Shown in pieces: positions 10,782-25,800 of a DNA stretch of 64,000 nucleotides (position 1 is the first letter of the stretch; each line of letters begins with the position of its first letter). Source of the DNA: Anaeramoeba ignava BMAN (Eukaryota > Protista > Anaeramoebae); assembly GCA_028826165.1 (NCBI GenBank), contig JAPDFW010000136.1, forward strand, positions 248,001 to 312,000. Direction: 5' to 3'. The position numbers were made by a program, and so were the translations under genes. The notes beneath the pieces were generated by a model, which ran no database searches, was not told the DNA's origin, and saw only the letters and a list, made by a program, of their open reading frames with translations.

Positions 10782-13108
10782 TTAAATTTTTCTATTAACC
10801 AAATCTATAAATGAACTTGTTAGAGAACCAAAATCATCATCATCTACTTCTTCAATTGATTGAAATGAATCCATCATGAAATTTTCCATTTTATTTTTTT
10901 CATTTTCTTTTTTAAAAAATTCAAGATTATCCAAAAAATTTCCACTTTTTTCATTTGCTTGAAAATTAATAATTTCAAATTCATCATTTTGTTTTTCCAA
11001 ATCAATTTCAAATTCTTTTTTGTTTTTAATAAAAAGAGATTGATTCAAAATTTCATTTTGTTTTTCCAAAATGATTTGATTAATTTTCTTTTCAATTTCT
11101 TCTTTCATTTCTTGATATTTTTGATCCGAAATTTTTGGTTTATTTTGGAATATTTTAATTTGATTTTGATTTAAATTTTCTAAATTAATTTTTTTTAATA
11201 TTTCTTCAATTTCCATTTTAATTTTAAATTGATTTTTAAATTGATTTTGATTTTGATTTTGATTTTTAAATTGATTTTGATTTTTAAATTGATTTTGATT
11301 TTGATTTTGATTTTGATTTTGATTTTGATTTTGATTTTGATTTTGATTTTGATTTTGATTTTGATTTTGATTTTGATTTTGATTTTGATTTTGATTTTGA
11401 TTTTGATTTTGATTATAATTTTGATTTTATTTTGATTTTGATTTAGATTTTGATTTTGATATTGATATTGATTTTCATTTTGATTTTGATTTTGATTTTG
11501 ATTTTGATTTTTATTGATTTTTATTTTGATTTTGATTTTGATTTTGATTTTGATTTTTAAATTGATTTTGATTTTGATTTTGATTTTGATTTTGATTTTG
11601 ATTTTGATTTTTAAATTGATTTTTATTTTGATTTTGATTTTGATTTTGATTTTGATTTTTAAATTGATTTTGATTTTGAATTTGATTTAGATTTTTAAAT
11701 TGATTTTGATTTTGATTTTGATTTTGATTTTGATTTTGATTTTGATTTTGATTTTGATTTTGATTTTGATTTTGATTTTGATTTTGATTTTGATTTTGAT
11801 TTTGATTTTGATTTTGATTTTGATTTTGATTTTGATTTTGATTTTGATTTTGATTTTGATTTTGATTTTGATTTTGATTTTGATTTTTATTTTGATTTTG
11901 ATTTTGATTTTGATTTTGATTTTGAATTTGATTTTGATTTTGATTTTGATTTGATTTTGATTTTGATTTTGATTTTGATTTTCTAAATTTTGATTTTGAT
12001 TTTGATTTTGATTTTGATTTTGATTTTGATTTTGATTTTGATTTTTAAATTCCAAATCTTTCTTTTTTTTCTGGTTTTCCAATTCCAAATCTTTCTTTTT
12101 TTGATTTTCTTTTTTTCTTTTTAAATTTTCATTCTCCTTTTCAAGATTAATTTGATATTTTTCTAAAATCGTTTTTGAATTTATTAATTCTGATTCAATT
12201 TCTTTTTTTTTCTTTTGTTGTTCTTCCAAATTTTTCTCAATTTGAAATGAAAAATCTCTGAAAGAATTTTGTATTTTCTCACTTAAATTGATAATTTTTT
12301 CTTTTTCTTTTTGATCTTCTTCTTCTTCTTCTTCTTTAATAATTAAATCTGAATGTCTTCTCAAAATATGAGAATTAAGATATTCCTTTGAAAAAAATAA
12401 TTTTGGACAAAAAGAACATTTCTAATAAAATAATTTTGAATTTGTATTTTTTGGTTCTTTAAATGAAAACTTACATAAATAGATTTATTTTTGTTTTCTA
12501 AAAGATATTCATAAGTTAAAATAGTTCTTTTTGATCTATAAACAGAACTTTTCAGAATTTCGTTTTGGGATTTTAAATTTTTACTTGATTCTTTTAAATT
12601 TTTCATCTTTTGTTTCATTTCTTGCAAAATTTCTTGATTATTCATTAATTCTGAATAAATACATTCTTGAACAAATAAAAGATATTCAATATTAAATTGA
12701 AATAAATGGAATAATTTGGAATAATTTTGATCAAATAAAAAATATTCTTGATCCAATTCCGAAAAAGTAATATTTTCCATCATCATTTGAATAAAACTAA
12801 TATCATTCTTTTATAAAAAATTGATTTTTTTAATGTTGTTTTTTTTTTTGATTATTTTTTTGTTTTTGATTAAAATTACTTCTTCTTTTATTTTATTTAA
12901 ATCAATTAATGAAATCAAAATCCAATTTATTTTCCCTTTTCTTTTTTGAAATTTAAATGATTTCAATTTGCTTTTTAGATCAATTTCGTTCCAAATTTCT
13001 ATTTATTTTGTTTAATTAATTTTTTTTTTTTAAATAAGAAAAAGAAAAATTGTTTTTGTTTTTTATATTTGAAAAACCTTTTAATCTTTTTTGATAATTT
13101 TGATTCAT
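10782..13108 (-). CDS. DZIP1: DZIP1/Iguana-like ciliary protein (Dzip-like N domain, C2H2 finger, coiled coil, NQ tract); multi-exon
   Basis: Spliced [46 protein letters not shown], then [21 protein letters not shown]. Confidence 0.7.
11220..12045. repeat. (TTTTGA)n microsatellite encoding poly-NQ in the DZIP1-like gene
   Basis: Direct reading; contains frame-breaking irregularities. Confidence 0.9.
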
Positions 13109-13215
13109 TTTTAAAAAAAAAATGATCAAAAAAAAAAGTGAAAAATTCTCTTTTAAATATTAATTATTTGATCTTTATGTTTTCTGGCAAAAAAAAAAAA
13201 ATATTAATTCAAATT

Positions 13216-16200
13216 TTAAATATCATTAAGTTGAAGAGCAGAAAGTTTTGTTGGTTTTGTTGGTAAATTAAAGGGATTAAGATTCTCAATAAAAAAAGTA
13301 GGATCTTTGAGAGAACTTGATCTTCTTCTATGAAGTTTATGAACTTTTTGAAAAATTTGATCATCTTCATTTATTTCTTCATTTATATTTTCACTTGTTT
13401 CTTTATTTATTTCTTCATTTATATTTTCATTTGTTTCTTGTTTTGTTTCTTCTATTGATTCATGTGATTGTGTCTTTCGAATTAATCTTAATTTGGGTTT
13501 TCTTGTTTTTGTTGGAGTTAAAAGTTTATTTGGAGTATTTTCATCAAACTTGCTTAAAATTTCTGTGAATTGAGTTGGTATTTGATCGAAAATCTTTTGG
13601 GATTTTTCATTAAACAATGTTCTTTTTGAAGGGATCATAATGTAATCTTTATAATTAACTGTGTAATCAAGAACAGTTAAATTTCTAAGTTGAATAAAAT
13701 AGTCACTTTGAGTGAACTTAAGAATATTAAGTATAAATTCAATGACGTCATCTTCAGATTTGCCAATATCTGAGCGATAATATTTGAAGAATTTGGGGAA
13801 ATAAATAATAGGATAAGCGGTTGAGTCGATGATATCAATATATTTCTCAATAAAGAACTGAGCTGCGCGGATGAGTTGCTTTTCTATATTTGAAGAAGTA
13901 AAAACATTCAAATCAGGACTTGCAATTTGAAGACTAACAATCCCAAAAAGAACCAAAGGTGAGAATTTTGCAAGAACAACCAAGTTTCTTGGATCGGATT
14001 TTTTGTTGAAATAACGCATTCCAAGAAAATTTTTAGGGTTTCCATGAAGAACTCCGTGGAAAATATCATCCAATGAATAAATCAGATTGCCAATTCGATA
14101 TTTGTTATAAGAGAGGAATTTTTTGTATTGATAAACACAAGAAGGCGGTCCTCCGTTTTCAATGCAAGCATGCAAAAAAAGAAGGTTATACATGTTAATC
14201 CAGAAACACAAACGCTCAGTTTGAGTCAAGTGTGTTGCTTCAATATCTGTGAGTTCTCCAACCCTTTCCGATTTGAGATAAAGATATCTTGGATCTTTTT
14301 GAATGTTCTTCCAGTCCACTTGGGGATAAATCAAAGTTCCCTTTTTGCTGATTGTATCTGAGTTTTTTATAACAGAGAAATCTTGGTTAATTGTGTTTCC
14401 GAGATTGTCGTAATAAAGTTCAAAAACAATTTGGCATAGCTCTTCTATGATTACACATGGATGTCTTGATTCTGTGACTCTTTTCACGTTATAATTCAAA
14501 ATATCTGGCATTTCATCTGAGTTATCTTCCAGATGTCTTTTATTTGATGATGCAATTTTCAATCCTTTTGATTTTTTAATTATACTACTTTTGATCGTGT
14601 GAAATTTCTGCAATTCTAATTTTGGAGGTGATCCAAAGTTGTTGAGTAAAATGGCTAATTTTGTTGCTTTGTCATCAAGAGATAAAAAGGATCTTATCGA
14701 AGAACGCTAAAAATAAAAATTATCCCGAACATGACATTTTGATTTATTTTGAAAAAAAGAGATAATAATACTTGAGAAAATTTGATTGTTATTTAATTGT
14801 TTTGTTTTTTTTTTTTTTTGATTACTTTGAGTTCTTTATTTTCGTTTTCTTCTTGTGAAACCTCCATAACTGCATCAATTTTATCAAAATAAATTCTTAA
14901 ATACTTAACAAGACTAACTATGAAATTTATAGAACAAGGTTCTGCTTTTGAAGAAACCTTTTTCTTTTCATTTGGAGTAATTTCAGACACAAAAATAAGA
15001 AACTATTAAATAAATAAATAAATAAATAAATATTTAAGTAATTAATTAAATATTTTTTTTCTTTGACAAACATTATCAATTGATTCAATCTGAAGATCAT
15101 AAAAATCATCCAAAGCTAATAAATTTCGATCTTTTGCTCCAAATTTTACATGGTTCGCAAGAGATTGAATAATTCTTGCGATTAGAATTAAATTTTTTTG
15201 AGAATGAATAGTGAGAGTTTCTTGAATTATCCCATAAACTTCTGGCGAAACGATTGCAGGACAAATGAATCTTAAAAAAACAAGACCAGCAACTCCTAAT
15301 AAAGAATGATTTGGGAATTTTTTTGAAATGGAATTTTTTGAGTATTGACAAATATGCTTAATTTCACTAAATAAATAAATATCAAATAAATAAATAAGAG
15401 TCCAATTTGTGTTTAAATAGAATTCTTCAGTTTATTTTTGTTACACTGGAAAATAATTCTTTGCTAAATAGATTGATTTTAAAAATTTAGTCACGAAATC
15501 TTTTACTAAATTTAAGTTATTTTTTAAAATTTCTGGTGATTTTTCTCTCATTGAATCAATCTTAACAAAATAACAATAAAGAAATCAATTAAATTAGTTT
15601 TTTTTAAAAATATTTTTCTTTTACTTCAATCAATTTATCATATTCCAAAACTTCTTTTATTGGAGATTCAAGTGTTTTTTGAAGAAAATTTAAGCCAATA
15701 ATTGTAGAATAGCGAGATATTAATGAAACAACAAATGTATTTGTTCTAAATAATTCTTCAGCAGTTGCTAAATGATTTTACAAAAGAAAACAAAATTAAT
15801 AAAATTTTATTTTTATTCAGAAAAAAAAGACTTAATTCTATGATGATTTACATGTATTTTTGATTTCTTTATGAACACATAGTTTAATGAAATTAAGAAT
15901 TTTTTTTTCTGAATAAAAAATATTTGCGATTGCATCAGCAACTAAATTTGTATCACCTGAATGAACCAAATCAGAAAAAACACTAATAATTTCATAATCA
16001 TCAGAAATGAGCAACTATTATTTTTTTGTTTTTTTTGAATTTGTATTCAATTCATTTTGAAATTATTTTGAAATTATTATTTTGCTTATATTCTACTTGA
16101 AAAAGTTCTGAAAATATCATTTTCCATTCTTCTTCTTTTTTGATATCAAAAAGATTTTTCTATTTTCAAAAAAAAAAAGAGTATTTTTAAATTTGAATAT

Positions 16201-18846
16201 TAATCGTAATTGTTTCAAGAATAAAAACTTCTAAATTAACTTTTGAAAATGTATAATGAAGTAATAAATCAAGTTTCATAATTTTTTCATTATCTTTATT
16301 TTTTAAAATATAAGCTTTTTCTATTGGTTTTTCATTTGCTAAACTTGATAAAGGAATTTGAATTTTTCCAAATAAATTTTGTTTTTTTGAATTTTCTAAT
16401 TTTTCGTAACATTTAATATCCAATTTTTTTGCTTTTTTATCAACATAAAAAACGAATTTTTCATTCCATTGAAAATGAAGGTAATTTTTAGGTGAAGTTT
16501 TTAAAGAGAAATTTCGAAGTTGCAAATTAAAGAAAAATGTTGAGTTTTCATTTTGAGTTTTTGTAAGATTTTTTGCTTGGATAACTAGAGAATTTTAAAT
16601 AAATTTATATAAATTTATATAAATTAATTAAGATAAATAAATTTAAATAAATTTAAATAAATTTGGATAAATTTGGATAAATAAATTAAGATAAATAAAT
16701 TTAGATAAGTAAATTAAGATAAATAAATTTAAATAAATTAATTAAGATAAATAAATTAAGATAAATAAATTAAGATTTGTAAATTTAAATAAATAAATTA
16801 AGATAAATTAAGATAAATTAAGATAAATAGATTTAAATAAATAAATTAAGATAAATAAATTAAGATAAATTAATTAAGATAAATAAATTTATATAAATAA
16901 ATTAAGATAAATAAATTTAGATAAATAAATTAAGATAAATAAATTTAGATTTGTAAATTAAGATAAATAGATTTAGATAAATAAATTTAAATAAGTAAAT
17001 TAAGATTTGTTAATTAAGATAAATTAAGATTTGTAAATTTAAATAAATAAATTAAGATAAATAAATTAAGATAAATTAATTAAGATAAATTAATTAAGAT
17101 AAATTAATTAAGATAAATTAATTAAGATAAATAAATTTAGATAAATAGATTTAGATAAATAAATTTAAATAAATAAATTAAGATAGATAAATTAAGATTT
17201 GTAAATTTAGATAAATAAATTTAAATAAATAGATTTAAATAAATAGATTTAAATAAATAAATAAATTTAAATAAATAAATTTAGATAAATAAATTTAGAT
17301 AAATAGATTTAGATAAATAGATTTAGATAAATAGATTTAGATAAATAGATTTAAATAAATTAAAATAAATAAATTAAGATAAATAAATTTAGATTTGTAA
17401 ATTAAGATAAATAAATTTAGATAAATAGATTTAGATAAATAAATTTAAATAAGTAAATTAAGATTTGTAAATTAAGATAAATAAATTAAGATAAATAAAT
17501 TTAGATAAGTAAATTAAGATTTGTTAATTAAGATAAATTAAGATTTGTAAATTTAAATAAATAAATTTAGATAAATAGATTTAGATAAATAAATTTAGAT
17601 AAATAAATTTAAATAAGTAAATTAAGATAAATTTAGATAAATAAATTTAAATAAGTAAATTAAGATAAATTAAGATAAATAAATTTAAATAGATAAATTA
17701 AGATAAATAAATTTAGATAAATAAATTTAGATAAATAAATTTAAATAAGTAAATTTAAATAAATTTAAATAAATTTAAATAAGTAAATTTAAATAAATTT
17801 AAATAAATTTGGATAAATAAATTAAGATAAATAAATTAAGATAAATAAAATTAAGATAAATAAATTAAAAATAAATAAATTTAGATAAATAAATTTAGAT
17901 AAAATAAATTTAGATAAATTTAGATAAATAGATTTAGATAAATAAATTAAGATAAATAAATTAAGATAAATAAATTTAGATAAATAAATTAAGATAAATA
18001 AATTTAAATAAATAAATTTAAATAAATTTAGATAAATAAATTAAAATAAATAAATTTAGATAAATAAATTTAGATAAATAAATTTAGATAAATAAATTTA
18101 GATAAATAAATTAAGATAAATAAATTAAGATAAATAAATTAAGATAAATTAATTAAGATAAATAAATTAAGATAAATAAATTAAGATAAATAAATTAAGA
18201 TAAATAAATTAAGATAAGTAAATTAAGATAAATAAATTTGGATAGATTTAAATAAATAGATTTAAATAAATAAATTAAGATAAATAAATTTAGATAAATA
18301 AATTAAGATAAATAAATTAAGATAAATAAATTTAAATAAATAAATTAAGATAAATAAATTAAGATAAATAAATTAAGATAAATAAATTTAGATAAATAAA
18401 TTAAGATAAATAAATTTAGATAAATAAATTTAGATAAATAAATTAAGATAAATAAATTTAGATTTGTAAATTAAGATAAATAGATTTAGATTTGTAAATT
18501 AAGATAAATAAATTTAGATAAATAAATTTAAATAAATAAATTAAGATAAATAAATTTAAATAAATAAATTAAGATAAATAAATTTAAATAAATAAATTTA
18601 GATAAATAAATTAAGATAAATAAATTAAGATAAATAAATTAAGATAAATAAATTTAGATAAATAGATTTAGATAAATAAATTTAAATAAATAAATTAAGA
18701 TAGATAAATTAAGATTTGTAAATTTAGATAAATAAATTTAAATAAATAGATTTAGATAAATAGATTTAGATTTGCAAATTAAGATTTGTAAATTTGAGTT
18801 TGTTTAAATAAAAACCTTTAACAAATAATTGAGGAACTTCTTCCAT
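13216..18846 (-). CDS. C2 domain + RasGAP + DUF547 protein; multi-exon, first intron 16585-18815
   Basis: Exons 1/2 give MEEVPQLFVK/VIQAKNL..WNEKFVF (C2); ELFRTNT arginine finger and FLRFICPAIVSP RasGAP signature; ERLCFWINMYNLLFLHA..YSLDDIFHGVL (DUF547). Confidence 0.8.
16600..18795. repeat. ~14-bp degenerate minisatellite (ATAAATAAATTAAG/TTAG) filling a 2.2-kb intron
   Basis: Direct reading; bounded by minus-strand GT (18815) and AG (16585-16586). Confidence 0.95.
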
Positions 18847-18994
18847 AAATTAAAATATAAAAAATTGAAATTAAAAATTTAACTAATTCTCCCTTTTTTA
18901 AAAAAATAAAAATAAAAAAGAAAAAAATGAAAAAAATAACGATTTAAATTAAAAAAAATTTTTTTCATTTTTTTTATTTATAATTTTTAATTTA

Positions 18995-21900
18995 ATGAGT
19001 AATTTAAATTCAAATAATAATCAAATTAATACAGATTGGTTTTTTCTTCTTGCAATTAAATTAATGAATAAATCAAATTTTCAATCCCAAAATCAATTTA
19101 TAAATTCCAATACAAATTTTCAAAATCTAAGATTGAATTTAAATGAAAAATCAAAACAAAATCAAAAGAAAAAAAGTGTCGGAATTATTTCACCATTTTT
19201 TTCAAGATTTTCAAAACAAAAAAAAGCAAATTCAATCAAAAATCCAAATTCAATTATCAAACCAAATTTTTATAAACAAAATCAAATCAAAAACAAACAA
19301 AAAAGAAAAATTAAAGAAAATCATTTTCAAGATGAAAAAATAGAACAAGAATTAAAAAGAAAAAAACTAAACAAAAAAAAATTTAACCAAAAAAATATAT
19401 TTAAAGGAATCCTAACATTTAATAATGATGACCAAAAAATCAAAACAACTGACAAACAAAATGAAAGAAGAAATATAAATTTAATAAATCAAATCAATTT
19501 ATTTCAAGGTTTTGAAGATGAATTTGAAAATGATGATAAAAATACTCATTTTTTATTCAACAAAAACCATATAAATTCAAATCCTTTTGAATTCCAAAAT
19601 TTACTTTTTAAAAACCAATCACTTAACAATTTTTTTAGATCTAAAAAATATTTGAAAAATTTTAAAAATGATTTAGAAAATCATTATATTTATAATTATA
19701 ATAATGAAGAAAACAGTAAATATTTGCATTCAATTTCCAAAAAAATTCAACCGTATTATTATTTAAAAGATGAATCAATACAAAATCAAAAAAACAAAGA
19801 AAACAAGAAGAAAAATTTAGAAATTGATAAAACAATTTCTGATAATTTAATTTCTATTGATGATGAAATAAATTTTGAGAATCTTTTGGATCAGATGCGA
19901 AATGAATATCAAAATGAAAATGAAAATGAAAATGAAAATGAAAATGAAAATGAAAATGAAAATGAAAATGAAAATGAAAATGAAAATGAAAATGAAAATG
20001 AAAATGAAAATGAAAATGAAAATGAAAATGAAAATGAAAATGAAAATGAAAATGAAAATGAAAATGAAAATGAAAGTGAAAATGAAAATGAATATGAAAA
20101 TGAAAGTGAAAATGAAAGTGAAAATGAAAATAAATATCAATATCAATATGAAAATGAAAGTGAAAATGAAAATGAATATGAAAATGAAAATGAAAATGAA
20201 AATGAAAATGAAAATGAAAATGAAAATAAATATCAATATCAATATCAATATCAAAATGAAAATGAAAGTGAAAATGAAAGTGAAAATGAAAATGAAAATG
20301 AAAATGAAAATGAAAATGAAAATAAATATCAATATCAATATCAAAATGAATATGAAAATGAAAATGAAAATGAAAATGAAAATGAAAATGAAAATGAAAA
20401 TGAAAATCAATATGAAAATGAATATGAAAATGAAAGTGAAAATGAAAATGAAAATGAATATGAATATGAAAGTGAAAATGAAAATGAAAATCAAAATCAA
20501 TATGAATATGAAAATGAAAATGAAAATGAAAATGAAAATGAATATCAATATCAATATCAATATCAAAATGAAAATCAAAATGAAAATGAAAATGAAAATG
20601 AAAGTGAAAATGAAAATGAAAATGAAAATAAATATCAATATCAATATCAAAATGAAAATGAAAATAAATATCAATATCAATATGAAAATCAAAATCAATA
20701 TCAAAATCAAAATGAAAATGAAAATAAAAATCAAAATCAAAATGAATATCAATATCAAAATCAAAATCAATATCAATATCAAAATGAAAATCAATATCAA
20801 TATCAAAATGAAAATCAAAATGAAAATCAAAATCAATATCAAAATCAAAATCAATATCAATATCAATATCAAAATCAAAATCAATATCAAAATCAAAACC
20901 AAAATCAAAATCAAAATCAATATCAATATCAAAATGAAAATCAATATCAATATCAAAATCAAAATCAAAATCAAAATCAAAATGAAAATCAATATCAATA
21001 TCAAAATCAAAATGAAAATCAATATCAATATCAATATCAAAATCAAAATCAAAATCAAAATCAAAATGAAAATGAATATCAAAATCAAAATCAAAATCAA
21101 AATCAAAATGAAAATCAAAATGAATATCAAAATCAAAATCAAAATGAAATTCAATATAAAAATGAAAATCAATATCAAAATCAAAATCAAAATCAAAATC
21201 AAAATGAAAATGAAAATCAATATCAATATCAAAATCAAAATCAAAATGAAATTCAATATAAAAATCAAAATCAAAATCAAAATGAAAATGAAAATGAAAA
21301 TGAATATAAAAATGAAAATGAAAATCAATATCAAAATCAAAATGAAAATGAAAATGAAATTCAATATAAAAATGAAAATCAAAATCTAAATCAAAATCAA
21401 AATCAAAATGAAATTCAATATAAAAATGAAAATCAAAATCTAAATCAAAATCAAAATCAAAATGAAATTCAAAATGAAAATGAAAATCAAAATCTAAATC
21501 AAAATCAAAATCAAAATGAAAATGAATATAAAAATGAAAATCAAAATCAATATCAAAATCAATATCAAAATCAAAATCAAAATGAAATTCAATATAAAAA
21601 TGAAAATCAATATCAATATCAAAATCAAAATGAAAATGAAAATGAAAATCAAAATCAAAATCAAAATCAATATCAAAATCAAAATCAAAACCAAAATCAA
21701 TATCAATATCAAAATCAAAATCAAAATCAAAATCAAAATCAAAATCAAAATGAAAATCAAAATCAAAATCAAAATCAATATCAATATCAAAATGAAAATG
21801 AAAATGAAAATCAAAATCAAAATCAAAATCAATATCAAAATCAAAATCAAAATCAATATCAAAATCAATATCAAAATCAAAATCAAAATCAAAATGAAAA

Positions 21901-22798
21901 TCAAAATCAAAATGAAAATATTTTTGAATTTGAAAATGATTTTGAAAGTGAAAACGAATTTCAAAATAAAATTGAAATAGAAATTGAAAGTGAAAATGAA
22001 TTTGAAAATGAATTTAAAAATGAATTTAAAAATGAATTTGAAATAGAAAATGAATTTGAAATAGAAAATGAATTTGAATTTAAAAATGAATTTGAAATAG
22101 AAAATGAATCTGAAGATGATTTTGAAAATGATTTGAAAAATGAATTTAAATTCGAATTTGAAAATGATTTTGAAAATGATTTCGATTTTGAAAATGAATA
22201 TGAAAATGAATATGAAAATGAATATGAAAATGAAAATGAAAATGAAAATGAAAATGAAAATGAAAATGAAAATCAAAATGAAAATCAAAATGAAAATCAA
22301 AATGAAAATCAAAATCAAAATGAAAATCAAAATGAAAATCAAAATCAAAATGAAAATCAAAATCAAAATCAAAATGAATATGAAAATGATTTTGGATTGG
22401 AAAAAAATTTCCAAAAAATCATTACAAAAAAACAAAAACAACATCAATACAATAGAATTAATTCACTTAGTTCATTTTTAAAAAAAAATATAAATTTATC
22501 AACAGAAAAAAAATTAGATATAATTTATCAATTTTATCCAGATTTAATTAATGGATGGAATCAAGAAACATTTGAAAAAATTACAAAAGAAAAAAAATAT
22601 CCAAAAAAAATTCAAATTGATAATAGAATTTTTCCAATTTGGAATCAAGCTTATTATCGAACTTCAAATAGATATCGATTAAAAATTCTTTCACAAAAAA
22701 TGAGATTGGAAATCACCAATTTCTTAATTAAAAAACTTCATTTTCATTTGGATAAAAATGTATCAAAAAAAGGAAAAACAATTTTAATTAAATTATAA
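18995..22798 (+). CDS. Hypothetical 1267-aa protein, mostly NE/NQ/YQ dipeptide repeats with a small basic C-terminal domain
   Basis: Uninterrupted ORF with non-repetitive termini; no recognisable family. Confidence 0.65.
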   Translation: MSNLNSNNNQINTDWFFLLAIKLMNKSNFQSQNQFINSNTNFQNLRLNLNEKSKQNQKKKSVGIISPFFSRFSKQKKANSIKNPNSIIKPNFYKQNQIKNKQKRKIKENHFQDEKIEQELKRKKLNKKKFNQKNIFKGILTFNNDDQKIKTTDKQNERRNINLINQINLFQGFEDEFENDDKNTHFLFNKNHINSNPFEFQNLLFKNQSLNNFFRSKKYLKNFKNDLENHYIYNYNNEENSKYLHSISKKIQPYYYLKDESIQNQKNKENKKKNLEIDKTISDNLISIDDEINFENLLDQMRNEYQNENENENENENENENENENENENENENENENENENENENENENENENENENENESENENEYENESENESENENKYQYQYENESENENEYENENENENENENENENKYQYQYQYQNENESENESENENENENENENENKYQYQYQNEYENENENENENENENENENQYENEYENESENENENEYEYESENENENQNQYEYENENENENENEYQYQYQYQNENQNENENENESENENENENKYQYQYQNENENKYQYQYENQNQYQNQNENENKNQNQNEYQYQNQNQYQYQNENQYQYQNENQNENQNQYQNQNQYQYQYQNQNQYQNQNQNQNQNQYQYQNENQYQYQNQNQNQNQNENQYQYQNQNENQYQYQYQNQNQNQNQNENEYQNQNQNQNQNENQNEYQNQNQNEIQYKNENQYQNQNQNQNQNENENQYQYQNQNQNEIQYKNQNQNQNENENENEYKNENENQYQNQNENENEIQYKNENQNLNQNQNQNEIQYKNENQNLNQNQNQNEIQNENENQNLNQNQNQNENEYKNENQNQYQNQYQNQNQNEIQYKNENQYQYQNQNENENENQNQNQNQYQNQNQNQNQYQYQNQNQNQNQNQNQNENQNQNQNQYQYQNENENENQNQNQNQYQNQNQNQYQNQYQNQNQNQNENQNQNENIFEFENDFESENEFQNKIEIEIESENEFENEFKNEFKNEFEIENEFEIENEFEFKNEFEIENESEDDFENDLKNEFKFEFENDFENDFDFENEYENEYENEYENENENENENENENENQNENQNENQNENQNQNENQNENQNQNENQNQNQNEYENDFGLEKNFQKIITKKQKQHQYNRINSLSSFLKKNINLSTEKKLDIIYQFYPDLINGWNQETFEKITKEKKYPKKIQIDNRIFPIWNQAYYRTSNRYRLKILSQKMRLEITNFLIKKLHFHLDKNVSKKGKTILIKL
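19902..22390. repeat. Coding hexamer microsatellite (AATGAA/AATCAA/TATCAA)
   Basis: Direct reading. Confidence 0.95.
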
Positions 22799-22863
22799 AT
22801 TAATTGAATTGAATTTTGTTTTAATTAATTTATTTATTATTTTTTAATTAAAATAAAAAGAAA

Positions 22864-25800
22864 TTAAAATTGTTTGTGTTTTCCATTGGAAAAACCTATA
22901 TTATTTTCTTTACATTCTTCTTCATAATTCTTATTCAAATTTGAATAATTTTTCTTTTCATCTTTTAAAATTTCACTTTGAATTAAATTCAATTCTTGTT
23001 GAATAAATTCAATTAAAAATTCATCTTCAACTTGAAGAAATTCTTTCATTTTCAAATTGGAATCATTTTGAAGAATATTATTTAATTCAATAAGTGCTTG
23101 TTTTCTTGTTTCTTGATTAACAATTCTGTCAAAAATTTCTTTTCCTAAATTTTCTTTTTTGGGATTAATTTGTCCATTTTTTTCTGAATGAATCAAATTT
23201 TGATCTTTTTCTTTTTCAAAATCTTTTTTCTCAATTGAATTGAAATGTGCCATGAATTTTTCAAGATATAAAATAACCTCTGATTTTGGATTTTGTGGGA
23301 TTTTTTCAATAAAATCAAAAATTGACTCTTTTTTAGTCTCGACTAATTTGTATAAAAAAAACTTGATTATATTTAAAGCTTCAGAAAATTGATTTGTATT
23401 ATTATTATTATTATTTGTTTTTTTTGAAGAAATGGAACAATCTTTTTTGAATTGGGCTAATTTTTCTAAAAATAAATGAATTTGCAATAAAATTGTTGCA
23501 ATTTCCAAACTTGAAACTTTTTTCTCATCAAATTTCTTTTGTGGATTTTTAACAATTAAATTTTGAACGATTCGTTGAATGCATTTAAAAAGACTTGAAA
23601 ACATTGAATGATCTTTTGAATCTGTTTGAATCATTATTTGCACATCATTTCCTTCTTCTTTTTGTTTTTCTAGTTCTTGTTCTTTTTCAAGTTGTTTGAT
23701 TGATAATTGCAACAGAATTGGAAAAAGAATATTTTTATCAATTTTTTCAAGAATCAGTAAAATTAATCCATTAAATCGCTGAAAAATTTTTGTGGAATCA
23801 AATTTGTAAAAGCTTTCTCTTGTTGAAATTCGAAGTAAATCTTCAATTATTCTTTCCAATAAGGGTTGAGGAAGTTTTGAACTGAAATTTTCATATCGTT
23901 TGAAAATATGAATCAAAAATCCAAGACAATTTTCCCAATAGCTAATCAATTCATTATTAAAATTTTTAATTGAAGGTGAAAATTTTGTAAATGATTGAAG
24001 AAGATCGAAAACGAGTTTCTCGAAGAAGAAAAGCATTTCTTTTTCTGAATCTGGGTCTGAAATGATTTGGGGATCTAAAATTTGTTGGCGAATTAAAGAA
24101 AGTATTTTGGATTTAGTTTGAGTTGAAGTGAGAAAGAAAGTTTTGACAAGTTGAATAAACGGTTGATCTTTAATTGAATCAAAATCATCTTCTTGATTGA
24201 TATTGTTATTATTATTATTATTTGATTCATTTTCTTGTTTTGAGTTGTTTTTTGTTGTTTTTTTTGTGTTTTTTCTTCTGGCCATAAAAAGAGTTGATTG
24301 AGACTTAAATTTTTGCATTGGATTCTTAATAGAAAGAGTTTTTGGCTTTTTTTCCTTTTTGATCTTGATGATCTTTGGTTTTTTCTTTATTGGATCTTTT
24401 TTTAAAACGATTTTTGGGCTTATATTTTCTTTGAGATCATTTTGAGATTGATTTGGAGTTTTTTCCTTTTGGAGAATAAAAGAATCAAGAATTTCTAATT
24501 GTTCCTGATTTAATAATTGCTTGACTTTTTCTTTTGAGTTTATATAATAATGGTAGGTAATTTCCAAAGCGCATTCTTGGTGGATTGTCTCGTTTTCCTT
24601 TTGGATAAAAGAGGAAAGTGTTGAAATGGATGATTCCATGTTTGTGATGTTTCGGAGATGATGTTTTTTGAAAAGATTGCGAAGAGCAATAAGTATTTCT
24701 GTTTTTGTGATGATATTGATTTCAGAAGAAATTTCGTTGAGATTTAATGATTGGATCAATAATTCGAAAATTTGACTTGCTGGATAAATTTTGCAAATTT
24801 TTTGCAAATTATTCTTGCAAAAACTTCGGATGGCTTTTTGACTGTTTCCAAGAAGTAAAACAAGTGGGGGAACAATTAATAGGGATTCATATTCAGAAAT
24901 TCGATGTCCATTTGAATGCAGAAACTCAAGTAATTTTTCTAGATTTTTCATCAGCTTTTGTCCAACATTTGCTTGTTCATTTGAAATCTCGGGATCAATT
25001 AACCAAATAAAGAAATGGCAAAAAACAAGATCCAAATTTTCTAAAAGTTGCTTTTTTTCGTGAATAAATGTTGTTTGACTATATTTTGACATCCCAGAAA
25101 GATATTCTTTAGTTTTGGACGAAAAAAGCAAATTGTTTTGCTTGGATTGCAGAATGTTTTTTGATTCGGAACGGATCCATTCATAAATTTTTTGTTTCAC
25201 AACAAAGGCAGCCCAAAAAGAATTGAATTCACTTTTGAATTTTGATTCTCGATCATTTTTGGTTGATTCAGTTGAAGTTTGGAAAATAGGGAAATATTTT
25301 TTGACAGGATTTGTTATAATAGTTTGTGATTTTGAAGAGAAAATTAACGGTTTTTTTGCAGGAACTTTGACAATTTGACTTTTTACTTTTCTTGTTAATT
25401 TTATTGGTTTGACAGCTTTTTTAGTCAGAACTTTTCTTATTTGCAAATTTTTCTTTTGAATTTCTTGTTTTGGAGTTGGAGGTCTTATTTTGGGTTTTGG
25501 CTGGCTTCTTTCAAACTGCAGTAAAAGACGTGCAACTTTTCTTGTTATTGATGCATTTTGGATCGAACGTGTTTGTTTGCGAACATTTGAAATACCAATA
25601 TTTTCTGAGATTTTCTGGAAAATTTTCTCTGATATTTTTCTTGAATCCATATTTTTATCAACAAGAATTGAACAAATTGGATTAATTAACAAAATGCAGT
25701 TTTCTTTTTTGGAATTTGGAAGTAAATTTAAATCGATCCAATTCAATAAACATGTTCTTCCTGTTGGATGAGTGTTGTTTGCAAGAGCGTGAGGAATATA

